DNA from: a virus
Taxonomy: Duplodnaviria > Caudoviricetes
IMG/VR virus record: IMGVR_UViG_3300017784_006649
Location: 1 to 27,589 of that record
DNA: 27,589 nt
Strand: one strand, 5' to 3'
Below the pieces are notes generated by a model. The model was given only the letters and a program-made list of their open reading frames with translations. It had not been told where the DNA came from and searched no databases. Shown in pieces: positions 19,501 to 25,418 of this stretch. Numbering within the stretch: the first letter of the stretch is position 1; the number at the start of each line of letters is the position of its first letter. A program made the position numbers and the translations under genes.

Positions 19501-22197
19501 AATCTTTCTAATTTTTGTATCTACAAACCTATGTGTACCTGAAGACTCTTGATTTAGTGAGATGGGATTGCTTCCAGTCAATGAATCCGATTTTGTATTC
19601 ATTAACTTAATATTTACATTATCAATTTTATTAACAAAATATATTGAATTATTAATTAAAGAAGCATCAATATTAACACTACCAGAGGTGCTTCCAATTC
19701 CAATTTCATTATTATCTAAAGATTTGTAAATTACAGCATCTCCACTACTAAAAGTATGAAATGTACTAAATCCAATTGTGTTTAATGATGTGCTTACTCC
19801 CGCAGACCCCCCATTAAAATCTATTTCAAATTGAACTCCCCTTAGTCTTGCTTCTGCGGTGGCATCTCGACCATTTCCCCCACTAATAGTAACAATAGGA
19901 ACTTCTTTAAAATCAAATCCTGGATTTGTTACTACAATGTCATTAATACTTCCACTCATACATGCGATGGCTTCTGCATCTGATCCATTAGAATCCACAA
20001 TAACAACTTGAGGTGGTGTTATAACATCATATCCGTCTCCTTGAGAAAGAATTTCTATTGATCCTAATTGTCCATATTGAATAACATCTCCAGAAAGATT
20101 TGATAAAATTTCAACCCCATTAACGAACATACCCACAGTGCTAGGTAATTCTATTTCTTTAGACTTTGTTTTAGGAACTACTGGAATTTTTTTAAGAGAT
20201 TTTTGATTTGTTAAATTTAATCCATAAGTTTCTAATGGAGTTATAATATGAGTTCCAATTCCACTGTAGGAAATAAAATTACCCTCGTCAATTCTATTTG
20301 GATTAAATGCTAATTGGAATGTATTATTATCAATTTTTTTTACAAAATATGTTGCTTCAGAAGTTAATCCAGAAATAGTTCCACTTTGAGTTGTCAAATA
20401 TACTTTTTGCCCAGTGAAAAAGCCATGATCGCCTAATGTGGCAATAACATCACTCTCAGAGCCGGAAATAAAAGATTTAGATCTATTTGTCGCAGTTATT
20501 TCATAAGAAGGTAAAGATGTAGATGCTAGATATAAATTTTCGCTAGTCTTATCAATATAAGTATTTTGAACATTCGAAAATGCGCCAGTAACTTCAGGAT
20601 TAGGTGTGCTATTTGAAGTTAGAATATTTCTTCTTGCAGTATAAAGTATATTTTGATCTATTGAGCCAAAAAATGTAAATTCAAATTGAACTGAATTGTT
20701 ATTACTCTGATCCAATTCAGATGAATACAATACATCAGATACTACACCTTCGGTTTCTGACCCACCTTGGGATATAAGAGTTATGCTATCTCCACGACGA
20801 AATTTATGATTTGCTTTTGTGGTTACAATTGTTGGTGAGAAAACTCCAGAAAATTTAGATGAAGTATCAATCAATTCAACATTAGTCCCAGTGTTATAAA
20901 GCCAATAATCAAATTTACCGTTATATTGCCCCGACGTTATAGTTTCACCAAGAGTTTTAACTTGAAATTCATCGCCTACAGATAAGTATTTTGTATTTGA
21001 ATTATCAAGATCAAAACTGGCAAGTGTGCCGGTAATTCTTAATACTACTTCTTTATCAGTATTTCCATCTTCATAGGAATATACAAATCTATTTTGATGA
21101 ATCCCTTGATACAAATCAATTGAATCTGTAACATTTGTACATTCTAAAAATTGATTTGAACTTTTACCAGAATATTGAATTATTTGACCATCAACATACA
21201 AAGATCCAACTTCATCAAATCCTAAAGTAGAGTCTACAGTAATTATAGAATCTCCAATAGAAACTGGGATTATATTTTTAGTAAATCCATTTAATGTGAA
21301 TTCTCCTGTTATAGAATCACTACTAAGTTTAACCAGATAGTATCCATTTCCTTCTATACTGTAAAATTCAATATTATAAATGTAACCAATTGCTGATGGA
21401 GAATCTTGAATTAAAGTTTGTCCATTTAATTTTGTAGGATCACCAGAAACTTTTTCAGCGATTAAATTTGTAGTAACTAACCAATCAGCATTTGATGGCT
21501 TTATTAAAAAATCTTGAGGTTTGATAATTTTTGCATTATCTGCATATAATACTTTAAATAAAATCTTTAATGCTTCATCTGTTCCCTTAGATGCATAAAA
21601 ATCTTTTGCTCTAGATAAGAAAAATGCTTTATCTAATCCTGAGTGAAATGTTCTATTTTCAAATCCTGGTAAAAATTGAATCTTTAATTTTTTCCAAAAT
21701 TCTTGTAGAAATAGATTACTAAGATTATATACTGTGCTATCATCAGTATGATCTTCGGCTTCGGATGAATTAAAAACTAAAAATTCTGGATCGTTGGTTT
21801 TATGTAAATTTTCTACTCCACTAAATCCACGAACACAGCCATAGAAATGAGTATCATCCTTACTAGTGTAAGTAATGATTTCATTGTCGATTTTTAATAA
21901 TCCATAATCATTAGGAAATGATGATGTAGAAGCTACTTGTATTTCATCATCATAATATAAAATATTTCCATCTAAAGATGTACTTTGAGTTAAATAATTT
22001 TCTTCCTGAAAATTTTCTAGATTTAAATACCTGTCAATATTTTCACTAATGTCTACAGCACCACCTTGATTTTCTTGGGAGGTATAATACTGTTTAAGAA
22101 ATTCGACAAATAGGGGATTATCCTCAGCAATAAAATCTGGAATTTGATTGCCGACGACTTGACTAATTTTTACCCGTTGAAGATTTTTGTCTAACAT
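10519..22197 (-). CDS. gp7: Baseplate wedge initiator gp7-like, greatly expanded multidomain protein (3892 aa)
   Basis: N-terminal 'QIPDFIAEDNPLFVEFLKQYY' and 'KDFYASKGTDEALKILFKVLY', internal 'LQDSFYYQNFSYAIKS...WEEPVNSLAHTAGF'. Lies between gp6 and gp8. Confidence 0.85.
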   Translation of the reverse strand: MLDKNLQRVKISQVVGNQIPDFIAEDNPLFVEFLKQYYTSQENQGGAVDISENIDRYLNLENFQEENYLTQSTSLDGNILYYDDEIQVASTSSFPNDYGLLKIDNEIITYTSKDDTHFYGCVRGFSGVENLHKTNDPEFLVFNSSEAEDHTDDSTVYNLSNLFLQEFWKKLKIQFLPGFENRTFHSGLDKAFFLSRAKDFYASKGTDEALKILFKVLYADNAKIIKPQDFLIKPSNADWLVTTNLIAEKVSGDPTKLNGQTLIQDSPSAIGYIYNIEFYSIEGNGYYLVKLSSDSITGEFTLNGFTKNIIPVSIGDSIITVDSTLGFDEVGSLYVDGQIIQYSGKSSNQFLECTNVTDSIDLYQGIHQNRFVYSYEDGNTDKEVVLRITGTLASFDLDNSNTKYLSVGDEFQVKTLGETITSGQYNGKFDYWLYNTGTNVELIDTSSKFSGVFSPTIVTTKANHKFRRGDSITLISQGGSETEGVVSDVLYSSELDQSNNNSVQFEFTFFGSIDQNILYTARRNILTSNSTPNPEVTGAFSNVQNTYIDKTSENLYLASTSLPSYEITATNRSKSFISGSESDVIATLGDHGFFTGQKVYLTTQSGTISGLTSEATYFVKKIDNNTFQLAFNPNRIDEGNFISYSGIGTHIITPLETYGLNLTNQKSLKKIPVVPKTKSKEIELPSTVGMFVNGVEILSNLSGDVIQYGQLGSIEILSQGDGYDVITPPQVVIVDSNGSDAEAIACMSGSINDIVVTNPGFDFKEVPIVTISGGNGRDATAEARLRGVQFEIDFNGGSAGVSTSLNTIGFSTFHTFSSGDAVIYKSLDNNEIGIGSTSGSVNIDASLINNSIYFVNKIDNVNIKLMNTKSDSLTGSNPISLNQESSGTHRFVDTKIRKIIDFIQVTNPGEGYQNRNIEIVSSSYPPVFPGISTALVGINTSDDYIFAKRHGFETGEEIIYSRTGSAISGLSTEKIYYALTLDSDKFRLVEKIVGVSTFTGIATASSNQLLIDNDYVKLSSIGSGVHTFKYTPITINIDGITNSTLTTGISTQATAFLSVRGVVKDIFLTNGGYEYGSQILNFNRKPTVTVTSGSGAILQPRVVNGQLVDVFVLEQGSDYVSIPELIVDGDGKFARLKARVVDGAIESVQIIDSGKDYNQDTTSIQVQTLGSGAKFEANIQKWKVNSFSKYPTATDDGVIIPSFNSDLGSQFVSIIAPKRLRRTLHDNLNASLVEVGINTVHSPIVGWAYDGNPIYGPYGGSSETSSANPKQILSSYTLVSKPNRPSTAEFPLGFFVTDYEYTESGDLDEYNGRFCVTPEFPNGTYAYFATKTTFPYTVNKFKNEAELFNFDLLNNQSSNLLLNGTLSRNSTPYRITESNVYYSGLNDFSNKNESFIINSVFSSGISSVQILSPGSEYKIGDNIIFDDGGTGGRGASGEVDRLVGKNVTSITSNEIKIDNLTFSYDQNTVTAFSTSSHGLANNQILVISGISSSAFKEFEGSFNISVPDVSTSLLSTIGNSAQTGIVTTITLSESATSGRLLTDDTIVVGSEKLLILNINTVDNSYRVQRAYDGTVGVAHSAGDVVTLNPRSFSYSVPNIKTDLVIRENKTTYFDPLTSVGLGTTGSKYFIGYGVSFTSTGITTGSTTRIFFNSHSFQPSDFIQITNGTPAGINTSESRITSIGSTFINIQFNSASLTGVGLTFNVLKKNFNFVGAKSIFIPCLSCGCESSPFQTFEPFTYSSNSGIGITVSEYDNLSNPFTLSDGQLIFATRLSEASDTIGIRTTRSGIGSLSTLYIVGIGSGSTHKLTTVNKNITGTATKFETTVVTDSSHGISTSNVINLTLTPNRTENAIVKYNGLIDKIVINPVSFASTSIGIGTTVSTINISSHNFKNGDKVVYTASSPASSLVNGNSYYVIKDSNDFIRLTNTYAETLKKNPTIVAITTTGSGNHEISLINPRIEFTRGNTVGFAVSDLSLSNFKLRFYLDQNLLNEYSLPTITRSGIPGNLSTSTKVNLSTNISTPEILYYALTQEDLADGQEYKISQDRDVKDFSKILINSSLYNNEFVVSGIGSTSFTLNLNKKPEHSLYNQSNTSIIKYTTSSTSASGGIDKVKLFFGGVGYRSLPAISNIVSDTGSSAILRSYSDIIGKIKSSSSLNVGYNYSADTTIVPKSELPTILRVKDNFIISQVGISSGGSGYLTPPTPIVIENSNIILETKLSGSSVSRVNILISDGGLPEITPTIVSTNNSNGVSVTNAESSGSFNTLTLKRPNNGFVSFPFSVGDQIFVEGAILSESLTQGGGYNSSDYNYQNFEITSFLNDANVSSVTYQRPVGFGTTGGNFDANNSFARVIKDSDLAKFNVVIQQQNFNEDEIVNSTSGVNGKVIKNGWNPKTKILKLKDVSGVFDLNSNINGSTSKTKASIVDVITFDGNFLVKSSTEKSNGWQNTSGFLNNSFERLQDSFYYQNFSYAIKSTTPYSTWEEPVNSLAHTAGFKNFSDLDVLSPVDIKNTIPARVSIASSEVGLLIEIDNVSSLYTKSSFDLGSEETLSNGFSKFIKFNSKKIIPYVESITNKVLTIDDISPQFSGITTTSGGNIVGITSFSLTSDGNSLLHTKFSPNSVTSIGSSILTINNHEFSTGEKLIYDPGPGGSAIGIATTNRTLSGISTTLLPTDLFAFKINANSIKLSGIKTDSTVNNIFFNFTSVGIGSIHSLSVAPEIANTKALITLDNIIQSPLYQKNIFIGLSTAIGIGSTAITVTGITSITSNTLLKIDDEILKVNVVGLGSTNVLSVSRAQFNTVSTAHTVGAAASVISGDYTIFKGDIYFNSAPYAPVGLTTFNVGISTNTTFAGRIFYRKNYDLNYIIDDISSQFTGNAGTGKTFILKSNQNNISGITTFGGGIILINNIFQRPIGANATTDYILSDDGISGITTITFTGTDRETLPRNGIINEVSIGVGTGYTTGSYPNVSLTGGFGSGAKVNVVVGTGGSVISFDVTNRGIGYKINDVLSLSSPSVTGIGSTCTFRIISTYADEFSGWIFGELVKLDDFSNKFNGIRKLFPITRTTGLSPEPYSIQKEDGSDLVLQNNLIVFINDVLQIPEKDYKFTSGTNILFTSAPTAGSKLKFLFYQGSTSDVVTATPLQSVKVGDELNLKLQDNVSSQIDRLIVNLSTSDKVETFNYNDVGISTNPSFIRPLTWTKQTSDLIIDGDIVNKSRNYLEPRISPTTRIIKDFSTSDIEIYVQNAYPDFRIIDETQESDNNIKIIKDIETSAADALVANVSSAGTITSLVVTIPGSGYVDSPEVAFYSRSQIKEIGKTWSVGVTTTISNTNLKDIQYRSDNFIYVVCDDNGGISTSNNLETWKRTTPSFTTNNQLNSLAYGDDVWVGVGSDAKVGYSTDNASNWNPGIIYLYYPGTFGRFEFAVSTTTRKLNSVAYGSSTFVAVGSGGSVFVSDYVYPQAINWLSNGIPITEGISGIGTAWLINANSFVNINGDIISNVTNTLNSVIYSDIDSRFVVVGNNGVIMSSLMGNITNRQFRVEREPNGGYANLNDIVYGNNKYVVVGDSGAVGYSTALIGPWTINSLATSNNLLSVTFVGDVFVAAGGNGVVANSINGIDWFLKSSVTPTIFALTNNGNSVIGVGSTSQYLISSPELSDAAATANVSAGGSISSITVNNGGFGYISTSDVGVIISPPTAVYENIDSVNVIGDYGKLIGIGTSASGISTTTPMIIFTLQSDVGLNTTKIGSTIDLNPLIARSGISTGDYFVAFNTITGTGVTSIYVSSGITTVGIGTSFIDNIYRADQVINNGVSGIVTVFSNVVSVVGVASTSVTVDKVGLDTTGKVGNYSWGKLFNFSTRIDPKTFSVIKTNGFTGIQTSPLVIRRTSLKAQYEN
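11250..12256 (-). repeat. About 7 BNR/Ycf48-like beta-propeller blade repeats within gp7 (protein-level)
   Basis: Repeating L-x-[SD]-[VI]-x-Y-G...[FY]-V-x-V-G-x-x-G-x-[VI]-x-x-S-x-[DN]...W units, e.g. LNSLAYGDDVWVGVGSDAKVGYSTDN, LNSVAYGSSTFVAVGSGGSVFVSD, LNDIVYGNNKYVVVGDSGAVGYST, LLSVTFVGDVFVAAGGNGVVANSINGIDW. Confidence 0.75.
14055..20430 (-). repeat. Dispersed H-x-F-x-x-G...Y...Y[FY]V...F-x-L...G-x-H domain repeats within gp7 (protein-level)
   Basis: At least five clear copies begin DHGFFTGQKV (~20430), FHTFSSGDAV (~19760), RHGFETGEEI (~19350), SHNFKNGDKV (~16535) and NHEFSTGEKL (~14300). Several degenerate copies also occur. Confidence 0.7.
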
Positions 22198-24096
22198 CTA
22201 TCTTGTGTACAATCCGTTTAAGAAACTTGAGGTTGTTGTGAATCTAGTTCCAGCAGCATTATCGCCAGAAGAAATAACATCATTTACTAATTCAATTTTA
22301 CTTGAAGAAATACTAAGTTGAACATAAAGATCTTTGAGCCCAATTACATCATTTGATTCAGGAATTGCCTGAACTTCAATAATATTATTAGTAAGAGAAG
22401 TTGATGTTATATTCACAGTATCTATAATGATTTCTCCAGTGATATAATCAACTCTTCCTGCATTAGTTCTTACCACTACGGGATTTCCAGTTGAGTCTAA
22501 TTTAAAGAAAAATATTCTACCAGTCTTATTATCTGTTGGTATATCTGAAAGATATAATGTATCAGTTAATTCTGAAATTCTAAATCCTGTAGACTTAATA
22601 CCATATCCTTCGGTTCGGATATGAAATCTATTTCCGTAACACAATTCATATTGTGCAAATTGATTCACAGCAGCATTTAAATTTCGTCTTATCTTTACTT
22701 TTGTAATGTTTGAAGTAATTGCATCACTTACACCATCAATAAGTGTAATTAATTTTGAATATTTAATTCTTCCCCCAAACTTGTTTGTTTCTGTGGCATA
22801 AGAAGATAGTGAGGATCTTATCAATGATAGTAAATCATTTACTCCCTCAGTAAAATTAGGATTATAGTATACCGAAGATTCTAACTCAACATACAAGAAT
22901 TTCATATCTACGAATTCGGGAACAATTCCTGCTACAGAGTATTTTTTTAATTGAGTTAATAATTCTCTTTTAGTGAATTGCCCTAATACTTCACCATTTC
23001 TTGGTTTAACTACTAAAAATACTTTTCCGTACTGTGGTGGATTTAACTCTTCTCCACCATATGCAGTTACCGAATCCACATTTGGATAAATGTAAGGTAT
23101 TATTGCCTCATAGTCATTCGCAGAAACTGCTCTATATTGAGAGGAGTATAGTCTTGGTGCATAATACTTAACAGAATTGATGGATTCAATATCATCACCG
23201 TTTCTTGCTGGAGATGATACATCAATAGACAATCCTGAATCTTGTGCTATATTGGTTTCTGTATTATCTTCTAAAATACCGGAAAAAGAAAAATTAGCCG
23301 CTCCATTTGCTTCTCTACCATTTGTAGTAATATAAGTGCATTCAACAAAGTTGTTATTAGCTAATTTTTTACCAATGATACCATCACCAAAAATAATTTG
23401 ATATTTTTCATTTGAAATTTCTTGAATAAAGTAATTATTACCTGTACTTGTAATTCCTACAATATTTTCAATTTGATTATATACTGTCGTAATTTCATCA
23501 TTTGCGGAAAGTTTAACTTTAACCACTAAAGTATCAGTATCAATATTTGGATTCGGTAATATAAATTTTTGATCAGGAATTGAAGTGTCTACTGTAAAAG
23601 TATTTCTTAAGAATGTTCCTTCGTAAATTTCAATATTATTGAATGATGCAAATCTAGGTGTGGTGCCATCAAATTCTGATACTGGAACAGAAATGTCCTG
23701 AGGTACTGCAAATGTGAATCCAAAATCATTAGCAGACCCTGTGGCAACGATTCCAGCCTTTAATGTAAGTGTTGGTGATGTGTTTGTTGCTGGCACTTCG
23801 GCTAAAAAGGAAACAGTTGCAGTGGAAGATCTCTTTGATCTTGGAACATACCCAATATTTCTTGCAAGTGATATTACATTCTCTCTAAGTACTGCACTAT
23901 CAATGAAAACTTCATTTACCACTGCATTAGTGTTGTATGCAGTGATGTATGAGTTGTATGCCAGGGAATCTATTAATATACTTAGGTTCGATCCTTCAAA
24001 ATCAAAGTCAGTAAAATTTGAGTTTGCTCTCAAATAGTCTTTGATCGAAGTTTTTATCTGATCGAAATCTAAATTTGTATATTGTGTGAATGCCAT
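22198..24096 (-). CDS. gp6: Baseplate wedge subunit gp6
   Basis: Motifs 'LDFDQIKTSIKDYL...FTDFDFEGSNLSILIDSLAYN', 'RENVISLARNIGYVPRS', 'IIFGDGIIGKKL', 'RAVSANDY'. At 632 aa the length is typical. Confidence 0.95.
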   Translation of the reverse strand: MAFTQYTNLDFDQIKTSIKDYLRANSNFTDFDFEGSNLSILIDSLAYNSYITAYNTNAVVNEVFIDSAVLRENVISLARNIGYVPRSKRSSTATVSFLAEVPATNTSPTLTLKAGIVATGSANDFGFTFAVPQDISVPVSEFDGTTPRFASFNNIEIYEGTFLRNTFTVDTSIPDQKFILPNPNIDTDTLVVKVKLSANDEITTVYNQIENIVGITSTGNNYFIQEISNEKYQIIFGDGIIGKKLANNNFVECTYITTNGREANGAANFSFSGILEDNTETNIAQDSGLSIDVSSPARNGDDIESINSVKYYAPRLYSSQYRAVSANDYEAIIPYIYPNVDSVTAYGGEELNPPQYGKVFLVVKPRNGEVLGQFTKRELLTQLKKYSVAGIVPEFVDMKFLYVELESSVYYNPNFTEGVNDLLSLIRSSLSSYATETNKFGGRIKYSKLITLIDGVSDAITSNITKVKIRRNLNAAVNQFAQYELCYGNRFHIRTEGYGIKSTGFRISELTDTLYLSDIPTDNKTGRIFFFKLDSTGNPVVVRTNAGRVDYITGEIIIDTVNITSTSLTNNIIEVQAIPESNDVIGLKDLYVQLSISSSKIELVNDVISSGDNAAGTRFTTTSSFLNGLYTR

Positions 24097-24497
24097 TATA
24101 TTCTAGTTGGGAGTAGTACGAATGATATTTCTTGAAGTGGTAATGATAGTCCAACAATATCATAAACAATTTCCACACTCAATTCATTCTTATCATCGGG
24201 AAATGATACTGTAACTCTTCTAAGGTTAATTCTTGGTTCAAGATTTACCAAGGTCTGAGTGATAGTATTTTCGGCATCAATTGCAAATTCTGGAGTTTGC
24301 AGTTCAAATAACGCCCTACTAATCGGAGTTCCTATCTCAGGTCTAAAAAAACGCTCACCAACGAAGGTTCTAACTAAGTTGATGACCGAATTTTTAATCG
24401 CATTTTCATTTCTGAGCAAAATCACATCATTAGTGACTGGGTGTCGTCGGAATGACAAACTAATATCTCTAAATGCTCTAGAAATTTGAGCGGGCAT
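24096..24497 (-). CDS. gp25: Baseplate wedge subunit gp25 (sheath initiator)
   Basis: Motifs 'FRDISLSFRRHPVTND', 'NENAIKNSVINLVRTFVGERFFRPEIG', 'LEPRI'. ATG at 24497 is preferred over the track's TTG at 24503. The stop overlaps the gp6 start (TAATG). Confidence 0.93.
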   Translation of the reverse strand: MPAQISRAFRDISLSFRRHPVTNDVILLRNENAIKNSVINLVRTFVGERFFRPEIGTPISRALFELQTPEFAIDAENTITQTLVNLEPRINLRRVTVSFPDDKNELSVEIVYDIVGLSLPLQEISFVLLPTRI

Positions 24498-24520
24498 TGC
24501 CAAAAATAAGATCTTAGTGT

Positions 24521-24528
24521 TATTTATA
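24521..24528 (-). promoter_or_regulatory. T4-type late promoter TATAAATA for gp25-gp6-gp7
   Basis: Exact consensus 23 nt upstream of ATG 24497. Confidence 0.85.
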
Positions 24529-24533
24529 GCAGT

Positions 24534-24698
24534 TTACATACTGATTTTTCCATAAGTTGGTTCAGTACCGTATTCCCAGTCATCATAATCTTCATCATTT
24601 CTGATTTTTTCATGAATTTCGTTCTGTTTGCGTAAATCATGCATTCTTTTAACTAAATTGTCATGTAAAATTTCATTAAGAACCTGTTTGTCTTCCAT
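24534..24698 (-). CDS. Hypothetical 54-aa protein (not in the ORF track)
   Basis: MEDKQVLNEILHDNLVKRMHDLRKQNEIHEKIRNDEDYDDWEYGTEPTYGKISM*. Strong SD AGGAG at 24703-24707. It fills the gap between the 219-aa ORF and the gp25 promoter. Confidence 0.8.
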   Translation of the reverse strand: MEDKQVLNEILHDNLVKRMHDLRKQNEIHEKIRNDEDYDDWEYGTEPTYGKISM

Positions 24699-24750
24699 TT
24701 TGCTCCTGATTGATTAAATCAGAACTTTTTACGGGGTTCCATCCCGTTCT
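24696..24750 (-). promoter_or_regulatory. Candidate cis-regulatory RNA: H-type pseudoknot plus SD-sequestering hairpin
   Basis: RNA reads AGA-ACGGG-AUGGAAC-CCCGU-AAAAA-GUUC-UGAUU-UAAUC-AAUCA-GGAGC-AAA-AUG. Pairings were identified by eye; no folding program was run. Confidence 0.5.
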
Positions 24751-25388
24751 TTTGCGGTTTTCCAAAAATATTCGTCCTCATTTCCCATTGCAAGTCGTTC
24801 ATAAGTGTTTTCAACTTGATAATATCGGGTTGAAACCTTAAAATCGGGTGTTTTGGGTTCTTTGGGGGTTAAACTGTTGTCATAAATTCTTGTTCTGTTG
24901 TTGGGGTACAGTGCAAACTGCCCATTTTGCAATTCAATCAGATTATGAGACTTATGTTCTGCTGGATTTTCACTTGTGGCATAATCAATGACATCTGGAT
25001 CTTGATGATAGTTATCTAAGGTGCAGATATAAGTGCCTTTTTGAATATCAAAATCTCTAGTATAGATCTCATAGTCCATAGACCCAATAAATTGCTTGTG
25101 TATAGTAACAATTCCATAATCCATACAATTCCAAAACTGTAGGTTAGGTAAATCTAAGTCTGGAACCGGGGTTTCAGGACGAGAAACAAAAGCACTGATA
25201 GGCAATTTGTCATACATTGCCGCATACTCTGGTAAATAGGTTTCAAAATAAAAAGCACGACCTGGAATAGACTTTACAGATACCCAGACACCTTTTACAA
25301 ATTCCCCCCAACCACTTTGATGATCAGTTAAATATTCTTTACGAACCCATACTTCTTGGGAAGGAAGATTAGCAATTAAGCAAGACAT
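24729..25388 (-). CDS. Hypothetical phage protein (219 aa)
   Basis: Long ORF with ATG start on the same strand as its neighbours and globular composition. No function recognised. Confidence 0.85.
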   Translation of the reverse strand: MSCLIANLPSQEVWVRKEYLTDHQSGWGEFVKGVWVSVKSIPGRAFYFETYLPEYAAMYDKLPISAFVSRPETPVPDLDLPNLQFWNCMDYGIVTIHKQFIGSMDYEIYTRDFDIQKGTYICTLDNYHQDPDVIDYATSENPAEHKSHNLIELQNGQFALYPNNRTRIYDNSLTPKEPKTPDFKVSTRYYQVENTYERLAMGNEDEYFWKTAKERDGTP

Positions 25389-25407
25389 AAATCAATATCG
25401 TTTTAAC

Positions 25408-25415
25408 TATTTAAC
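25408..25415 (-). promoter_or_regulatory. Possible late promoter variant (GTTAAATA)
   Basis: TAAATA core 19 nt upstream of ATG 25388 and just downstream of the terminator U-tract, where re-initiation would be needed. Confidence 0.45.
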
Positions 25416-25418
25416 CAT

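Noticed and set aside
1372-22197. Inteins, introns or homing endonucleases explaining the very large ORFs
   Set aside because: No intein splice motifs, LAGLIDADG, HNH or GIY-YIG signatures or frame breaks were seen. Size is explained by repeat and inserted domains.
1059-24489. Plus-strand ORFs in the track (e.g. 1059-1295, 3194-3415, 3989-4324, 7214-7516, 8955-9179, 14837-15106, 17273-17635, 23714-24037, 24259-24489)
   Set aside because: All are antisense to long, clearly real genes. Most have GTG/TTG starts without an SD and read as codon-bias shadows.
24696-24731. Stop-codon readthrough or frameshift fusing the 219-aa and 54-aa ORFs (same frame)
   Set aside because: There are two in-frame TAA codons in the junction, and the pseudoknot overlaps the stop rather than lying downstream of a slippery site.
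24721-24747. preQ1-I riboswitch call
   Set aside because: The topology and A-rich tail are similar, but the loop lacks the recognisable preQ1-I consensus and no queuosine genes are in the window. Kept only as an unassigned RNA element.
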